From positions 744-64,743 of the forward strand of contig JBKECT010000033.1 of assembly GCA_047974855.1 (NCBI GenBank): 64,000 bases of DNA, written 5' to 3'. Positions within the stretch are counted from its first letter, which is position 1. Each line of letters opens with the position of its first letter. This document shows, in pieces, positions 33,157 through 43,518 of this stretch. Position numbers and translations under genes: made by a program. This DNA is from Anaerorhabdus sp. GTDB lineage: Bacteria; Bacillota_I; Bacilli_A; Erysipelotrichales; Erysipelotrichaceae. The notes beneath the pieces were generated by a model, which was not told the origin of the DNA, made no database searches, and saw nothing but the letters and a program-made list of their open reading frames with translations.

Positions 33157-34452
33157 ATGATCAGAAATAACACTAATTCAAAAATTACAGATTCATCAGA
33201 TGAAAGGAATATTGCAATTTACTGCAGAGTATCCACACGTGATCAAGCTGAATTTGGATATTCAGTTCGTGATCAAGAAAGCAAGATAGGAAAATATCTA
33301 GACTATATCGAAGATATACCTGATAAGTGTAGAGCACTTTATAAGGATGAAGGACAATCTGCAAAAAATCTTAAAAGAAAAGAATTCACTCGCTTAATGG
33401 ACGATATTAAAAAGAATCAAATTAAAGCAGTTATTATTCATAACATGGATTGGTTAACAAGAAGAATGAAAGACTTTATCGAGCTTATTGAGTTATTCGA
33501 AAAGCACGACGTCGAGCTGATCAGCTTAAGAGAGAAAATAGAGACAAACAGTGCAATGGGAAGGTTTTTGGTTAACTTCATAGTTCTCATTGCTCAATGG
33601 GAAAGAGAGACTATCAGTGAGAGAACCATTCGAGGATTAGATCGCTCAGCTATCGAAGGAAATTACTCAGTTGGAGGGAACAGGTTACCCTATGGTTATA
33701 AAAAGAAAAATAAAAAACTCATTATCGATGAAAAAGAGGCCAATATCGTGCAATGGATTTTTAATAGTATAGAGAACAGTCGATACAACCTAACCATAAT
33801 AGCTTATGATTTAAATAAGAGAAAAGTCAAATCATCCTCCTGGGAAAAGTGGACAGATAGTATAGTTAAAAGTATTCTCACAAATTCCATTTATTATGGT
33901 ACGTTCAAGAACTCGCGAATTTCACTAAGCAATCACTCTCCTGCTATTGTATCTGCAGACCAATTCTATAGAGTTCAAGATATTTTGAAAAAACGTTCAA
34001 GAACACCAAAACATTTTTATACATTTGCATCTCTTTTAATTTGTGGTGAGTGTGGTGAACACTTGGTTGTAGAATCTGCTCAAAGCAAAGGGAGAACATA
34101 TTTATATTATCGATGCAGGAAGTGCAAAAAACGTATTTCTGAAAAGAAACTAAATAATAGCATTTCATCTGATCTAGCAAAAATTTATAGCGAAAATTCA
34201 CCAGAGCTCAAAAGCTTTTTAAGGAAGGAGAAAAGAATCCACCTACAGAATAAAACTATACATTTATTCAATGGTAATATCGAAGACTGCTCTAGTAGCT
34301 TATTCAACGTAGAAGAACTAGACTCTATTAAATCCCACTGTCTAAATAATTGGACAAAGTTCACACCATATGAGAAAAGGAGTGCATTATTGAAAATAAT
34401 AAAATCAATTCAAATAACTGACTTCGATACAATTCAATGTATAATCACATGA
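33157..34452 (+). CDS. Large serine recombinase
   Basis: IAIYCRVSTRDQ is the catalytic Ser motif. A recombinase domain follows, then zinc ribbon CGECGEHL...YYRCRKCKKRI. Confidence 0.85.
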   Translation: MIRNNTNSKITDSSDERNIAIYCRVSTRDQAEFGYSVRDQESKIGKYLDYIEDIPDKCRALYKDEGQSAKNLKRKEFTRLMDDIKKNQIKAVIIHNMDWLTRRMKDFIELIELFEKHDVELISLREKIETNSAMGRFLVNFIVLIAQWERETISERTIRGLDRSAIEGNYSVGGNRLPYGYKKKNKKLIIDEKEANIVQWIFNSIENSRYNLTIIAYDLNKRKVKSSSWEKWTDSIVKSILTNSIYYGTFKNSRISLSNHSPAIVSADQFYRVQDILKKRSRTPKHFYTFASLLICGECGEHLVVESAQSKGRTYLYYRCRKCKKRISEKKLNNSISSDLAKIYSENSPELKSFLRKEKRIHLQNKTIHLFNGNIEDCSSSLFNVEELDSIKSHCLNNWTKFTPYEKRSALLKIIKSIQITDFDTIQCIIT

Positions 34453-34717
34453 TTATTATCATATACCTCAGTTCAATATTGGAAAGGAATGGAAAATCCT
34501 ATATACTATAGTATATAGGAGGAACTTTTATGACAGATCAGGAATACAATTTTATAAATGAAACACTCGAAAAACACTTACAGAAACATCTTGAGAAAGC
34601 AAAAAATCAAGAAGAAAAAGACAGAATAAATGAAAACTTTAAAAAAATCGTAATGATTCAATATCAGCCCTTCTCGATAAATTAGCATACGATAGAACCA
34701 CTCATCTTCATAAAATT

Positions 34718-35554
34718 ATGCATAGCGAAGTAATGAAATCACGCGCTCATGACCTTGAGTTTCTAGCAATCAATGAGCAAGTTTGGGGTAATGCATTTGT
34801 AGCATCTGAAGCAATGTACCTTATGATTTTGGATATAACAGGACACTGCCTTAAATATGCTAATACTCTTTCTCAAGAAGAAAGACTAGAGAAATATTTT
34901 ACATTTACAACTATACAGCAGCCTCATGCTCGTGCAATGCAGCAATTTCTTGAAATTATTACTTTGATGAGAAATGGCTTTACAGACTGTGCTTATGCTC
35001 GTTGGCGCTCTTTATATGAAATATCTGTAATTGCTTCGTTTATTGTTAATCAAGGAGAGAAAGTAGCTGAGGCTTTTATAGATTCCATAGCTACTGAAAA
35101 GCAATATGAATGGGCTAAATCTAGTGGTCTTTTCAGCAAATCTAAACGTGTAACGTTCAACGACATAAGAAAGCATAGTGATATCCAATCCTCTTTGTAT
35201 GATCAATATTCTTTAGCCAGTAAGCTTATTCATGCTTCTTCAGATGGAACTTTTTCAAGGTTTGGATCACCTAATGATAGTGAGGACATCCTGATTGGTA
35301 GATCTGATTATGGAATTACTACCCCTGCAGAGCACTCCGCAATCTCTCTTGTTCAAATTACCTCAATACTACTCGAAATATTTCCTTCAGATTTAAATTC
35401 TGTCTCAGAAAAATATATTGTCAATTGGATTCAAGTTATTAGAGAATCTTATTTTAAAATTCACGATGAAGCCTTTCCTAAAGAAGAGAAACTTTGGAAG
35501 GATGGAATGGTAAGCTTCCTAAATAATGAATTTGAAAAAGCAGAAGAAGAGTAA
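34718..35554 (+). CDS. Hypothetical protein; probably the 3' part of a 34530..35554 gene broken by a frameshift in an A7 run
   Basis: The frame upstream of 34718 is open back to the A-run at 34641-34647. ORF 34530..34685 enters that run in the adjacent frame. Confidence 0.6.
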   Translation: MHSEVMKSRAHDLEFLAINEQVWGNAFVASEAMYLMILDITGHCLKYANTLSQEERLEKYFTFTTIQQPHARAMQQFLEIITLMRNGFTDCAYARWRSLYEISVIASFIVNQGEKVAEAFIDSIATEKQYEWAKSSGLFSKSKRVTFNDIRKHSDIQSSLYDQYSLASKLIHASSDGTFSRFGSPNDSEDILIGRSDYGITTPAEHSAISLVQITSILLEIFPSDLNSVSEKYIVNWIQVIRESYFKIHDEAFPKEEKLWKDGMVSFLNNEFEKAEEE

Positions 35555-35902
35555 TTAATTTAAATTTTCCTTTTACGGAAATTTAAAATTATGCTACCAT
35601 AGATTTATCAAATGGTAGATTGATTTATCCCTTGAAGTTTCGTTTTATTACGAGACCTCGCACCATGATGTATTGATGAAATAGCATATGATTTTAAAGG
35701 CAACTTTAGAATACGATGCTGTTTTTTTATTGATAAATAAGCAAGTATTCATCATTCTTTGAAAAGTGAATATATAGTGCTTATAAAAAATCGTAAACAA
35801 TTCATAAATTCTTTTATTTTTCTTAAACAATTTGGATATAAAATTAAAAAGAGCTGATCAAACCTTTGTTTGTCAACTCTCTAAACTTTAACTCTCTTTT
35901 TG

Positions 35903-37225
35903 TTATTGTGGCCTGTTTTTACTCATGTGCGTTAAGTATTTAGCATGCGCTTCAAATAGTTTTTCATACACAATTTTATTTTTTTCATCTGACCGAGTTA
36001 ATGGACAAAGGTTCGCTGCAAGCAATCCTTTGTTGTAATCTCCTTCATATGCCGCTTCACATGTTGCAAGCTCAAACGCTTTAATTGATTGATATAATCC
36101 TCTTACAGTTTCCGGAATCATCGTAATTCTTTCTAGCGGTTTAGGACCATCTTTAGTAATGCGACAACTGATTTCTATCGTATCTGTTGCATCCAAGTTC
36201 TTTATGTGTCCATCATTTAAAACGTTTACTACATGGATACGCCCTTCATCATTATGTAATGATGCTAGTACATCGCACGCAACATCTGAGTAATGAGCAC
36301 CACCACGTTTTGATAATTCTTCTGGTTTTTCTTTTAAATTCAAATCTTTATATTTTTCAAATAACTGTGCTTCGTATTCCATAACTTCTTCCGCACGTGT
36401 TTTATTATTTTTGAATTTTTCCATTTGTTCAATTACCATTTCCTCATACTTATAATAGTAGCGGTGGTAGGGACAAAGGAATAATCCTAACGTTTTTACA
36501 AATGTTTTTTCCCAAGGAATCGCATGAACATTAGCTGGAGTATTTTGTGTTTCCTCAGTATACAGCTTTAATGCACGGTCTGTTACATCTTCACCTTTTA
36601 AATAAACTTTTGTTCCCCAAACCATGTGATTTAACCCAATCATATCCATTTCCACATCTTCAACATCTGCTTCTAGTTGCTTAGCTGTTTCTGCTTTCAT
36701 TCCATAAGGAACATTGCATACTCCGATGAAACGTTTAAAGTCTGTGTATTTAGCAACCGCTTGTGTAACCATTCCAGATGGATTAGTAAAATTGACGATC
36801 CAAGCATCAGGTGCTAGTGCTTGTACATCTTTAACAATATCCAAGATAACAGGGATTGTTCTAAGTCCTTTAAACATCCCACCTAATCCATTTGTTTCTT
36901 GACCTAATAAACCATATTCATTAGGGATTCTTTCATCTTTTTTTCGTGCATCTAGAAACCCCACTCTAAATTGTGTTGTTACAAAATTTGCATCTTTAAT
37001 AGCAGCTTGACGGTCCATTGTAATAACAACTTTAGTTGGAAGCCCTGCTTTTTCAAACATCCGTTGTGCCAATGCCCCAACAATTTCCACTTTTTCTCTT
37101 CCCTCTTCAATATCAACAAGCCAAAGCTCATCAATGGGAAACCGGTCAAAACGTTTTATAAATCCCTCTACTAGTTCTGGTGTATAGGATGACCCTCCAC
37201 CAATTGTTGCTACTTTTAATCCCAT
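35903..37225 (-). CDS. celF: 6-phospho-beta-glucosidase, glycoside hydrolase family 4
   Basis: MGLKVATIGGGSSYTPELVEGF is the NAD-binding N-terminus typical of GH4 CelF/LicH/ChbF. 440 aa. Confidence 0.85.
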   Translation of the reverse strand: MGLKVATIGGGSSYTPELVEGFIKRFDRFPIDELWLVDIEEGREKVEIVGALAQRMFEKAGLPTKVVITMDRQAAIKDANFVTTQFRVGFLDARKKDERIPNEYGLLGQETNGLGGMFKGLRTIPVILDIVKDVQALAPDAWIVNFTNPSGMVTQAVAKYTDFKRFIGVCNVPYGMKAETAKQLEADVEDVEMDMIGLNHMVWGTKVYLKGEDVTDRALKLYTEETQNTPANVHAIPWEKTFVKTLGLFLCPYHRYYYKYEEMVIEQMEKFKNNKTRAEEVMEYEAQLFEKYKDLNLKEKPEELSKRGGAHYSDVACDVLASLHNDEGRIHVVNVLNDGHIKNLDATDTIEISCRITKDGPKPLERITMIPETVRGLYQSIKAFELATCEAAYEGDYNKGLLAANLCPLTRSDEKNKIVYEKLFEAHAKYLTHMSKNRPQ

Positions 37226-37289
37226 ATTTTATCCTCTTTCTATTTTCAATAAAAATGAACACTCAAAAAATGACTGTTCACATAATTTC

Positions 37290-37601
37290 TTATTGGTTGA
37301 ATTCTTTATATAATTCCAAAGCACTTTCTAAAACTTTAGGTCCATTTACTAGCCCATAATCTTGCATATTGATTACCATAACTGGTTTTGTAGGTAATTT
37401 TTCTTTGATTGATTTTTCTCTGAATTTGATTTGAGGTCCTAGTAGTACAACATCAGCCTCTACACCCTTTTCAGCCGCTTTTGCTTCTGCAAATGCTTCA
37501 ATTTCTAAATCTGTCATTCCTTGCTCTTCCGCTGCCTTTTTCATTTTTGTTACCAATAATGAAGTAGACATTCCTGCTGAACAAAATAAATAAATTTTCA
37601 T
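37290..37601 (-). CDS. PTS lactose/cellobiose-family EIIB
   Basis: MKIYLFCSAGMSTSLLV contains the active-site Cys. Confidence 0.85.
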   Translation of the reverse strand: MKIYLFCSAGMSTSLLVTKMKKAAEEQGMTDLEIEAFAEAKAAEKGVEADVVLLGPQIKFREKSIKEKLPTKPVMVINMQDYGLVNGPKVLESALELYKEFNQ

Positions 37602-37633
37602 GGATAATTCCTCCTCTTTCTATTTTTATTATA

Positions 37634-38347
37634 CTACAAATTTATGTTCTGATACGTAATTAATTCAACTTTTTTATCTGCTATGAGAGTTTTGACCTCA
37701 TCCGATAATAAAGTATCTAACTCATCCTTTCTTTGGATAGCATAGCTTGTCGCATTCACAAGCCCATTATCCACAAAGGCAGGGTGACACATCACCTCAA
37801 CGATATCTCCCTGAGCAATTATTTTCTTTAGTTGATCAACAGTGATATCCTCTTTATAGAAAGTTTCATCAAACAAAACTTTCTCTCCATACGGGGTATT
37901 GTAGCCGCGGACCTGCAACTGAAATTCATCTGCTAGTTTTAGTACCACCTGTTTTGCTTTCTCTTCCATATGAATGTGGTGATGAGAATCAATATGGGTT
38001 GGCTTTCCCCCTGTTTTTTCGATAAATAAGCTAATTTGAGTTCTCCACTCCTCTTCTAATTCTTTTTCATTAATTTCAACTGCTGCATCAAACATCTTCA
38101 CTTTATCAAAAGTTCCATCACTTTTCACCAAACTTGGTGCATCTGTTAGCGGCTTAAACATAGTTGCCACTAAGTGAATTCCTACTGCCAAGTCATAGCG
38201 GTTCATTAAGTCTATCGCATGCTCTATTGCTGGAGCATTCATCATCATAGTAGTGCTTGTTAGTATCCCATTTCTAAAACACTCCAAAATGCCATAATTA
38301 ACTCCCTTTGATAATCCAAAGTCATCTGCATTAACAATTAACTTCAT
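37634..38347 (-). CDS. chbG: ChbG/YdjC-family carbohydrate deacetylase
   Basis: MKLIVNADDFGLSKGVNYGI... and HIDSHHHIH. Confidence 0.85.
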   Translation of the reverse strand: MKLIVNADDFGLSKGVNYGILECFRNGILTSTTMMMNAPAIEHAIDLMNRYDLAVGIHLVATMFKPLTDAPSLVKSDGTFDKVKMFDAAVEINEKELEEEWRTQISLFIEKTGGKPTHIDSHHHIHMEEKAKQVVLKLADEFQLQVRGYNTPYGEKVLFDETFYKEDITVDQLKKIIAQGDIVEVMCHPAFVDNGLVNATSYAIQRKDELDTLLSDEVKTLIADKKVELITYQNINL

Positions 38348-38349
38348 TT

Positions 38350-38679
38350 TTACTCACCTGTTTGGACTTTTTGATACAGCTTAACAAATTCGGTTGCCAT
38401 CAATTCGATGACTTCAGTTGTTAAGAGTTGATCTTCTGCATGCATCAGCATTAATGAAAACGGCAAGTCTTCACCGTTTGCTTCCTTTGTAACAAATTTG
38501 AAGTGGTGATGATGAGCCTCTGCCATCATCGATCTTCCTTCTTCAATTTTTTCTAATGCTTCATTTATTTTTCCTTCTTTTGAAAGTTCAATAGCTTCCA
38601 TATATGAACTTTTTGCTCCTCCAACAGTTGCAATCATTTGAAAAGCAGCCATTTGCATTTCTTCTTTAACGTTTGTCAT
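38350..38679 (-). CDS. PTS lactose/cellobiose-family EIIA
   Basis: 109 aa helical protein with the AEAHHHH..F motif region. Confidence 0.8.
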   Translation of the reverse strand: MTNVKEEMQMAAFQMIATVGGAKSSYMEAIELSKEGKINEALEKIEEGRSMMAEAHHHHFKFVTKEANGEDLPFSLMLMHAEDQLLTTEVIELMATEFVKLYQKVQTGE

Positions 38680-38721
38680 GTCTTTCTCCTTTTTATTAAT
38701 TATAGCACATTAAATTATGCT

Positions 38722-39393
38722 TTAAAGCGTCATTTCTATTTTCTTTTTCTTAGGATTAATATACGATTTCACCACCGCATAGATTTTTCCTTCTCTTGTA
38801 TGAATCGTGCTATCTATTCGCACTATAGCAACGCCGATGTCAACCTTTAATAAATTAGAATATTGAATGGGAACCACCATTGGTACAAAAACTTGGTGAA
38901 TTGCTCCGTGGTTTATTGCCGCACTAAGTTTTAATATTTCACGTACATCCAACATTCCATTTTTATTAATCATGTGTCGAGCAATGTAGATTTCATCCAA
39001 ACTCTCAGGTTCTCCATCACTGAAGTTTAACCTTGAAATTTGAACAACTAAGTCTTCTTCTCTAATATCTAATTTTTTTACTATTTCTTGATCACTCAAT
39101 TTAATATTAAAGTAGATAATTTTATACTCTTTATCATCGGAAAATATTTCTATTCCCTGCTGCGTGATAACCTTTTTATGTAATTTTTGGTCTGCAACGA
39201 ATGTCCCTATATTCTGAATCCGGTACAAAATTCCTTCTTCAACCAAAAGCTCAATCGCTTTTCTTACAGTCATTCTACTCACTGCATATTTCTTTTCTAG
39301 CTCTCGCTCCGATAAAATTGGAGTGTTGGCATCTTGTGTTTCAATTTCTTGGCGTAGAATGCTCATGATTTCTTGGTACACAGGCTTTGCCAT
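38722..39393 (-). CDS. GntR-family (HutC-subfamily) transcriptional regulator
   Basis: N-terminal wHTH LSERELEKKYAVSRMTVRKAIELL plus a UTRA-like C-terminus. Confidence 0.85.
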   Translation of the reverse strand: MAKPVYQEIMSILRQEIETQDANTPILSERELEKKYAVSRMTVRKAIELLVEEGILYRIQNIGTFVADQKLHKKVITQQGIEIFSDDKEYKIIYFNIKLSDQEIVKKLDIREEDLVVQISRLNFSDGEPESLDEIYIARHMINKNGMLDVREILKLSAAINHGAIHQVFVPMVVPIQYSNLLKVDIGVAIVRIDSTIHTREGKIYAVVKSYINPKKKKIEMTL

Positions 39394-39417
39394 TTTTATC
39401 CCCCTCTAACTAGAATA

Positions 39418-39861
39418 TTACTCTGCTTGACTATGATACTTAATATAGGTCTCTATTTGTCGCAGCCTTTTCTCCATTTTCTTTTTACTACTTCTACTAT
39501 AAAAAAACATCACCAACTTATGATTAGCTTGATTTATCCCTTTATCACTTATAAACTCTTCTTCATATATGACGCGTGTTCCATCTTCTTCATCTTCTAA
39601 ATCATAGCACATCGTCGTCACTCCACGATCGCTTTTCACAGTGGCTTTATATCGTTCATTTTCTTTTAATTCCACTATCTTTATAGTACACTTACTTTCT
39701 TGTTTCATCTTTCCTGAAAGCATTTTTTTGTACTTGTATCCACTTTGAATTTCCTCTTCTTTAACATTTGGATGAACTTCTCTTACATCTTCTAGTAACG
39801 CTTGCTTTAAAGCGTCATAAAAGGCTGTACGTTTTACATCTAAATAAACATCTACTTTCAT
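39418..39861 (-). CDS. Small cytoplasmic protein often linked to cellobiose PTS operons (DUF3284-like)
   Basis: 147 aa. The family assignment is from memory of context and is tentative. Confidence 0.45.
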   Translation of the reverse strand: MKVDVYLDVKRTAFYDALKQALLEDVREVHPNVKEEEIQSGYKYKKMLSGKMKQESKCTIKIVELKENERYKATVKSDRGVTTMCYDLEDEEDGTRVIYEEEFISDKGINQANHKLVMFFYSRSSKKKMEKRLRQIETYIKYHSQAE

Positions 39862-40031
39862 TTACCCTTACCTCGTTTCTTTTTGAGGACTATTAAAAAC
39901 ATACCCAGTACTGTGAAAAATAGGCCACCTGCAATCATCAGTGTGTAATTAGCTGATCCAGGGGCTGTCATTATCATATATAGTCCAAATCCAATGATAA
40001 ATATCTCCCATAAATAATTTTTATCTTGCAT
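39858..40031 (-). CDS. Small membrane protein (57 aa), below the ORF-track size cutoff
   Basis: My translation: MQDKNYLWEIFIIGFGLYMIMTAPGSANYTLMIAGGLFFTVLGMFLIVLKKKRGKGK. ATGA overlap with the next gene. Confidence 0.45.
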   Translation of the reverse strand: MQDKNYLWEIFIIGFGLYMIMTAPGSANYTLMIAGGLFFTVLGMFLIVLKKKRGKGK

Positions 40032-40126
40032 TATTCTTGTCCTTCCATTTTATATAACTATTGTACTCTTTTACATAAAAATAAGCAAAGTGAAATTCAC
40101 CTTGCTTATTTATTTTCATCATTCAA

Positions 40127-41419
40127 TTAAGCATCTTTATTGGCTAATTTAACGAATATTGCCCAAATCACTGTGGCAAGTGCTAAGTTGAGTAATGCAA
40201 GAACTGCTGCTGTAATACTTCCACCTGTCGCAAGGAACGCAGAAATTACTGGAGGTGTCACCCAAGGTACTGATAAGATTACCGGCGGAACAAGTCCATA
40301 ATATGTAGCAGCATAAGCTATAGCTGTTAATATTGGTGAAATGAATACAAACGGAATAAAGTACATAGGACTTAGCACAATTGGAAGTCCAAAAATAACC
40401 GGTTCATTAATATTAAATACACCCATTGGAGCAGCTAATTTTGCAACAGCTTTCTCCCCATCTTTTTTACTAAGGAATAGGATTGCAATGATTAAGGCTA
40501 AAGTACACCCTGAACCACCCAAGAATACAAAGGCATCAAATGATCCTTTTGTCCATAAGTGGAATCCATCAGCTGCTCTTCCTGCAGTTTGATAAAGTGT
40601 TTGGTTTTCAAGTAACATTGTTCCATACACACCTTCAATTACCGGTCCAAGTACGTTAACTCCATGAAGTCCAAAGAACCAAAACAGTCCAACAAGAAGT
40701 GATGTAAGAAGGACAATAGGTAATCCTGCCGCAACATTCATAAATGGTGATTGTAGATAGTAAGAGATTAAATCTCCAATTGCTGATGCTCCTAGCCATG
40801 ACGCATTAGCGCTAACTACATAAGCTACAATCCCCCAAACATAAATCGCAACTGTTCCAGGAATAATTGCTGCAAATGCTTTTGATACTGCTGGTGGTAC
40901 AGACTCTGGTAATTTAATTGTAATGTTTCTTTTTGTTAGTGCAATATAAATCATTGTTGCAATTCCACCAACGATTAATGCTGTGAAAAGTCCAGCCGCA
41001 TTCGTATAAGCGTAAGGGATATTCCCCCATGTTCCTTCAATCCCTTGTGGTGTAACCGCGATTAATGAAGCAAATGAAATTAATGCACCCGCAATAGGAT
41101 TTACATCATACGCTTTGCTCAAGTGATATCCAAATGAAAATGCGAATGCCAGCGAGAACATTGCGATAGTTCCCCACCATACGTTTCCATTGATTGAAAT
41201 AAGCCATCCAAACATTTCTGGAATAGCTGGTACATTGAAAAGCCCATCTGCCCATAAATCTCTAAAAAATACGTTTAGTAACACCGCAAATGATCCCGCC
41301 ATTGTAAGTGGCATAATTGCGATGAATGAATCACGGATTGCCACTAAGTGCTTTTGTGATCCAATTTTTGCTGCTACCGGAACAAACTTTCGTTCCATCC
41401 ATTCATAAAACTTTCCCAT
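40127..41419 (-). CDS. PTS cellobiose-family EIIC permease
   Basis: Start moved to MGKFYEWMERKFVP, which has an AGGGG RBS. Polytopic membrane protein. Confidence 0.85.
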   Translation of the reverse strand: MGKFYEWMERKFVPVAAKIGSQKHLVAIRDSFIAIMPLTMAGSFAVLLNVFFRDLWADGLFNVPAIPEMFGWLISINGNVWWGTIAMFSLAFAFSFGYHLSKAYDVNPIAGALISFASLIAVTPQGIEGTWGNIPYAYTNAAGLFTALIVGGIATMIYIALTKRNITIKLPESVPPAVSKAFAAIIPGTVAIYVWGIVAYVVSANASWLGASAIGDLISYYLQSPFMNVAAGLPIVLLTSLLVGLFWFFGLHGVNVLGPVIEGVYGTMLLENQTLYQTAGRAADGFHLWTKGSFDAFVFLGGSGCTLALIIAILFLSKKDGEKAVAKLAAPMGVFNINEPVIFGLPIVLSPMYFIPFVFISPILTAIAYAATYYGLVPPVILSVPWVTPPVISAFLATGGSITAAVLALLNLALATVIWAIFVKLANKDA

Positions 41420-41511
41420 TAAAATTCCCCTTTCTACATTATTAATTTTAATGTCGGGAGTATTCTCTCCCAAGCTCATGCGAGCATACAGCTAGGTTTT
41501 ATCCACGCTTT

Positions 41512-41525
41512 GTGGTATATACCAC
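41512..41525. promoter_or_regulatory. GTGGTATATACCAC palindrome, candidate HutC/GntR operator
   Basis: Perfect 14-bp palindrome about 90 nt upstream of the EIIC start, fitting the GT-N-AC logic of GntR operators. Confidence 0.5.
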
Positions 41526-41603
41526 TTGTATAAATTAACTATATCATAAAAAAAAAGAATTGCAAGCCCTTTCTTTTTTTGTTGTCATTTTCAAGTGTTT
41601 GTT

Positions 41604-41828
41604 CTATTTTATTTCCACATTGAAGTAAAACGCACTACCCAACTTTTCTTTAATGGCCTCCTTTAAAATCTTTGCTCCTGCCACTTCATCTTCATGAGTA
41701 TCCTCAAAGTAGAGTTTCATCCCATCTTCTTTTATAAAGGTAAACCGGTGTGTATCATCCCCAACATTAGGAGCAAGTGCCTTAACATCTTCCCGTTTTA
41801 GGGGCATATTTACAATAATCATTTTCAT
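41604..41828 (-). CDS. Hypothetical protein (74 aa)
   Basis: ORF track entry only. Confidence 0.45.
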   Translation of the reverse strand: MKMIIVNMPLKREDVKALAPNVGDDTHRFTFIKEDGMKLYFEDTHEDEVAGAKILKEAIKEKLGSAFYFNVEIK

Positions 41829-41931
41829 TCCTCCATTTTTCTAAGAGTTATTATAGCACAACACACTTATTTTTAAAGAATTAAGGCGTTCTCCCTTTCC
41901 TCTCAGATATACATTTATCTCCTCTTATGGT

Positions 41932-42504
41932 ATGATGAAACTGGTGATGACGATGAAAGTAAAATGTGAAAAGTGTAAACAAATTCTCAATAAAGATATT
42001 GCAAAAGCATTTGAAGAATACCACGTAGGGCATTTGGAGTGCAGTGAGTGTAGAAAGAAAAATCCTCGCTATATTAGTGAGAGCGATCTGCTTATGTTTT
42101 TTGCTTGTAGCGCAACCTTGTACACGCTAGCAGTTATAGCAATTTATTTCTTATTTGCAGTTAGCTCAACTATTAATCCACTAATTGTCCTCTCTGGTAT
42201 TTTTTGTTTATTTATCCTGATGTACTTTTTATCAAAATATATTACGTATTATATTTATATTATGGCACCTTTTAAAAAAGGATGGCAAAACATAAAGCTG
42301 AATGAAGATGCTGAGGGCATTGCAAAGCGAATGAAATGGCAATTTATTATGTTTTTATTAGTAGCTCTAACACTTGGGTCTCAGCCGAATCTAATTATGT
42401 ATTGTTTCCTACTCTTAATTTCATTCATTATCCTTGTAAGTATCAAAATTAGATTAGCATTGAGAAATGAAAAAGCTCAACTTCAAAAAAACAACACTCT
42501 GTAG
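41932..42504 (+). CDS. Membrane protein with an N-terminal zinc-ribbon-like motif
   Basis: CEKC...CSEC followed by 4 TM segments. Confidence 0.55.
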   Translation: MMKLVMTMKVKCEKCKQILNKDIAKAFEEYHVGHLECSECRKKNPRYISESDLLMFFACSATLYTLAVIAIYFLFAVSSTINPLIVLSGIFCLFILMYFLSKYITYYIYIMAPFKKGWQNIKLNEDAEGIAKRMKWQFIMFLLVALTLGSQPNLIMYCFLLLISFIILVSIKIRLALRNEKAQLQKNNTL

Positions 42505-42508
42505 AGTG

Positions 42509-43504
42509 TTATTTTTTAACTGTATATTTTCGAATATCCAACGCTACCGCAACAATAATAACAAATCCTTGAGCAATAAATTGATACGATGTATCCACAC
42601 CTAAGAATTGCAATGATGTTTTCATTAACTCAAATACTAGGACCCCTAATAAAATTCCTTGAACTTTACCAATTCCTCCTGTTGTTGATACCCCACCAAT
42701 TGTACAGGCTGCAATGGCTTCCAACTCATATCCTAGTCCTAAGTTAACTGATGCTCCTCCAGATTTAGCGGCCAAAAGAAACCCAGCAAACCCATACATT
42801 AATCCAGCAAGAGTATAAATGCGAAGTTTGGTTGCCGTTGTGTTTACCCCAGATACTTCTGCGGCACTTTCATTTCCACCAATCGCATACATATATTTCC
42901 CATGTCGAGTTTTATTATATAAAATCCAAAATAGGACACCCATAACAATCGCTATAACAAGCAACCACTTAAACGTATAGGCTGAAGATATCTCAATCCC
43001 ACCTGATGCCAATTGTGTGAAATCTCTTCTCAACCCTCCAATTGGGTCTGCCCCTGAATAGATTAGATTAATTCCATAAACTATTGTTTGCATCCCTAAG
43101 GTCGCTAAAAACGCCGGGACTTTTAAATAAGATACAACTATTCCATTCACTAAACCAAACAGTGCTGTTACTAATATAACAATTCCAAACACCAACATTA
43201 ATGGTAACTGAGGAAGATTTTGGAAAAACATATCTGTATAATCTGCACGTTGCAACAAGGTGCACGCAAGAACTCCGCCCAATCCAACTAATCGACCCGC
43301 AGACAAGTCTGTCCCTTTTGTAATTAAGCATCCACTAACCCCAAGGGCAATCAAGAAACGTGGCGCTATGTTTGAGGTGATATTATTAAAATTACTTAGT
43401 GTAAAAAAGTTGTCTTGAGTAATTCCTACAAACAGCACCAAAAGGAACAATAATATAACAATTGCGTTGTTGCTTAAAAAATCTTTTATTCTTTTTATTT
43501 CCAT
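42509..43504 (-). CDS. mglC: Galactose/methyl-galactoside ABC transporter permease
   Basis: Polytopic permease in an mglB-mglA-mglC arrangement. Confidence 0.8.
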   Translation of the reverse strand: MEIKRIKDFLSNNAIVILLFLLVLFVGITQDNFFTLSNFNNITSNIAPRFLIALGVSGCLITKGTDLSAGRLVGLGGVLACTLLQRADYTDMFFQNLPQLPLMLVFGIVILVTALFGLVNGIVVSYLKVPAFLATLGMQTIVYGINLIYSGADPIGGLRRDFTQLASGGIEISSAYTFKWLLVIAIVMGVLFWILYNKTRHGKYMYAIGGNESAAEVSGVNTTATKLRIYTLAGLMYGFAGFLLAAKSGGASVNLGLGYELEAIAACTIGGVSTTGGIGKVQGILLGVLVFELMKTSLQFLGVDTSYQFIAQGFVIIVAVALDIRKYTVKK

Positions 43505-43518
43505 ATTTTTCTACTCCC

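Noticed and set aside
35560-35900. Looked for a tRNA or att site at the island-chromosome junction
   Set aside because: No cloverleaf-like sequence or repeat of the left-hand sequences is visible. Serine-recombinase crossover sites are too short to call from one junction.
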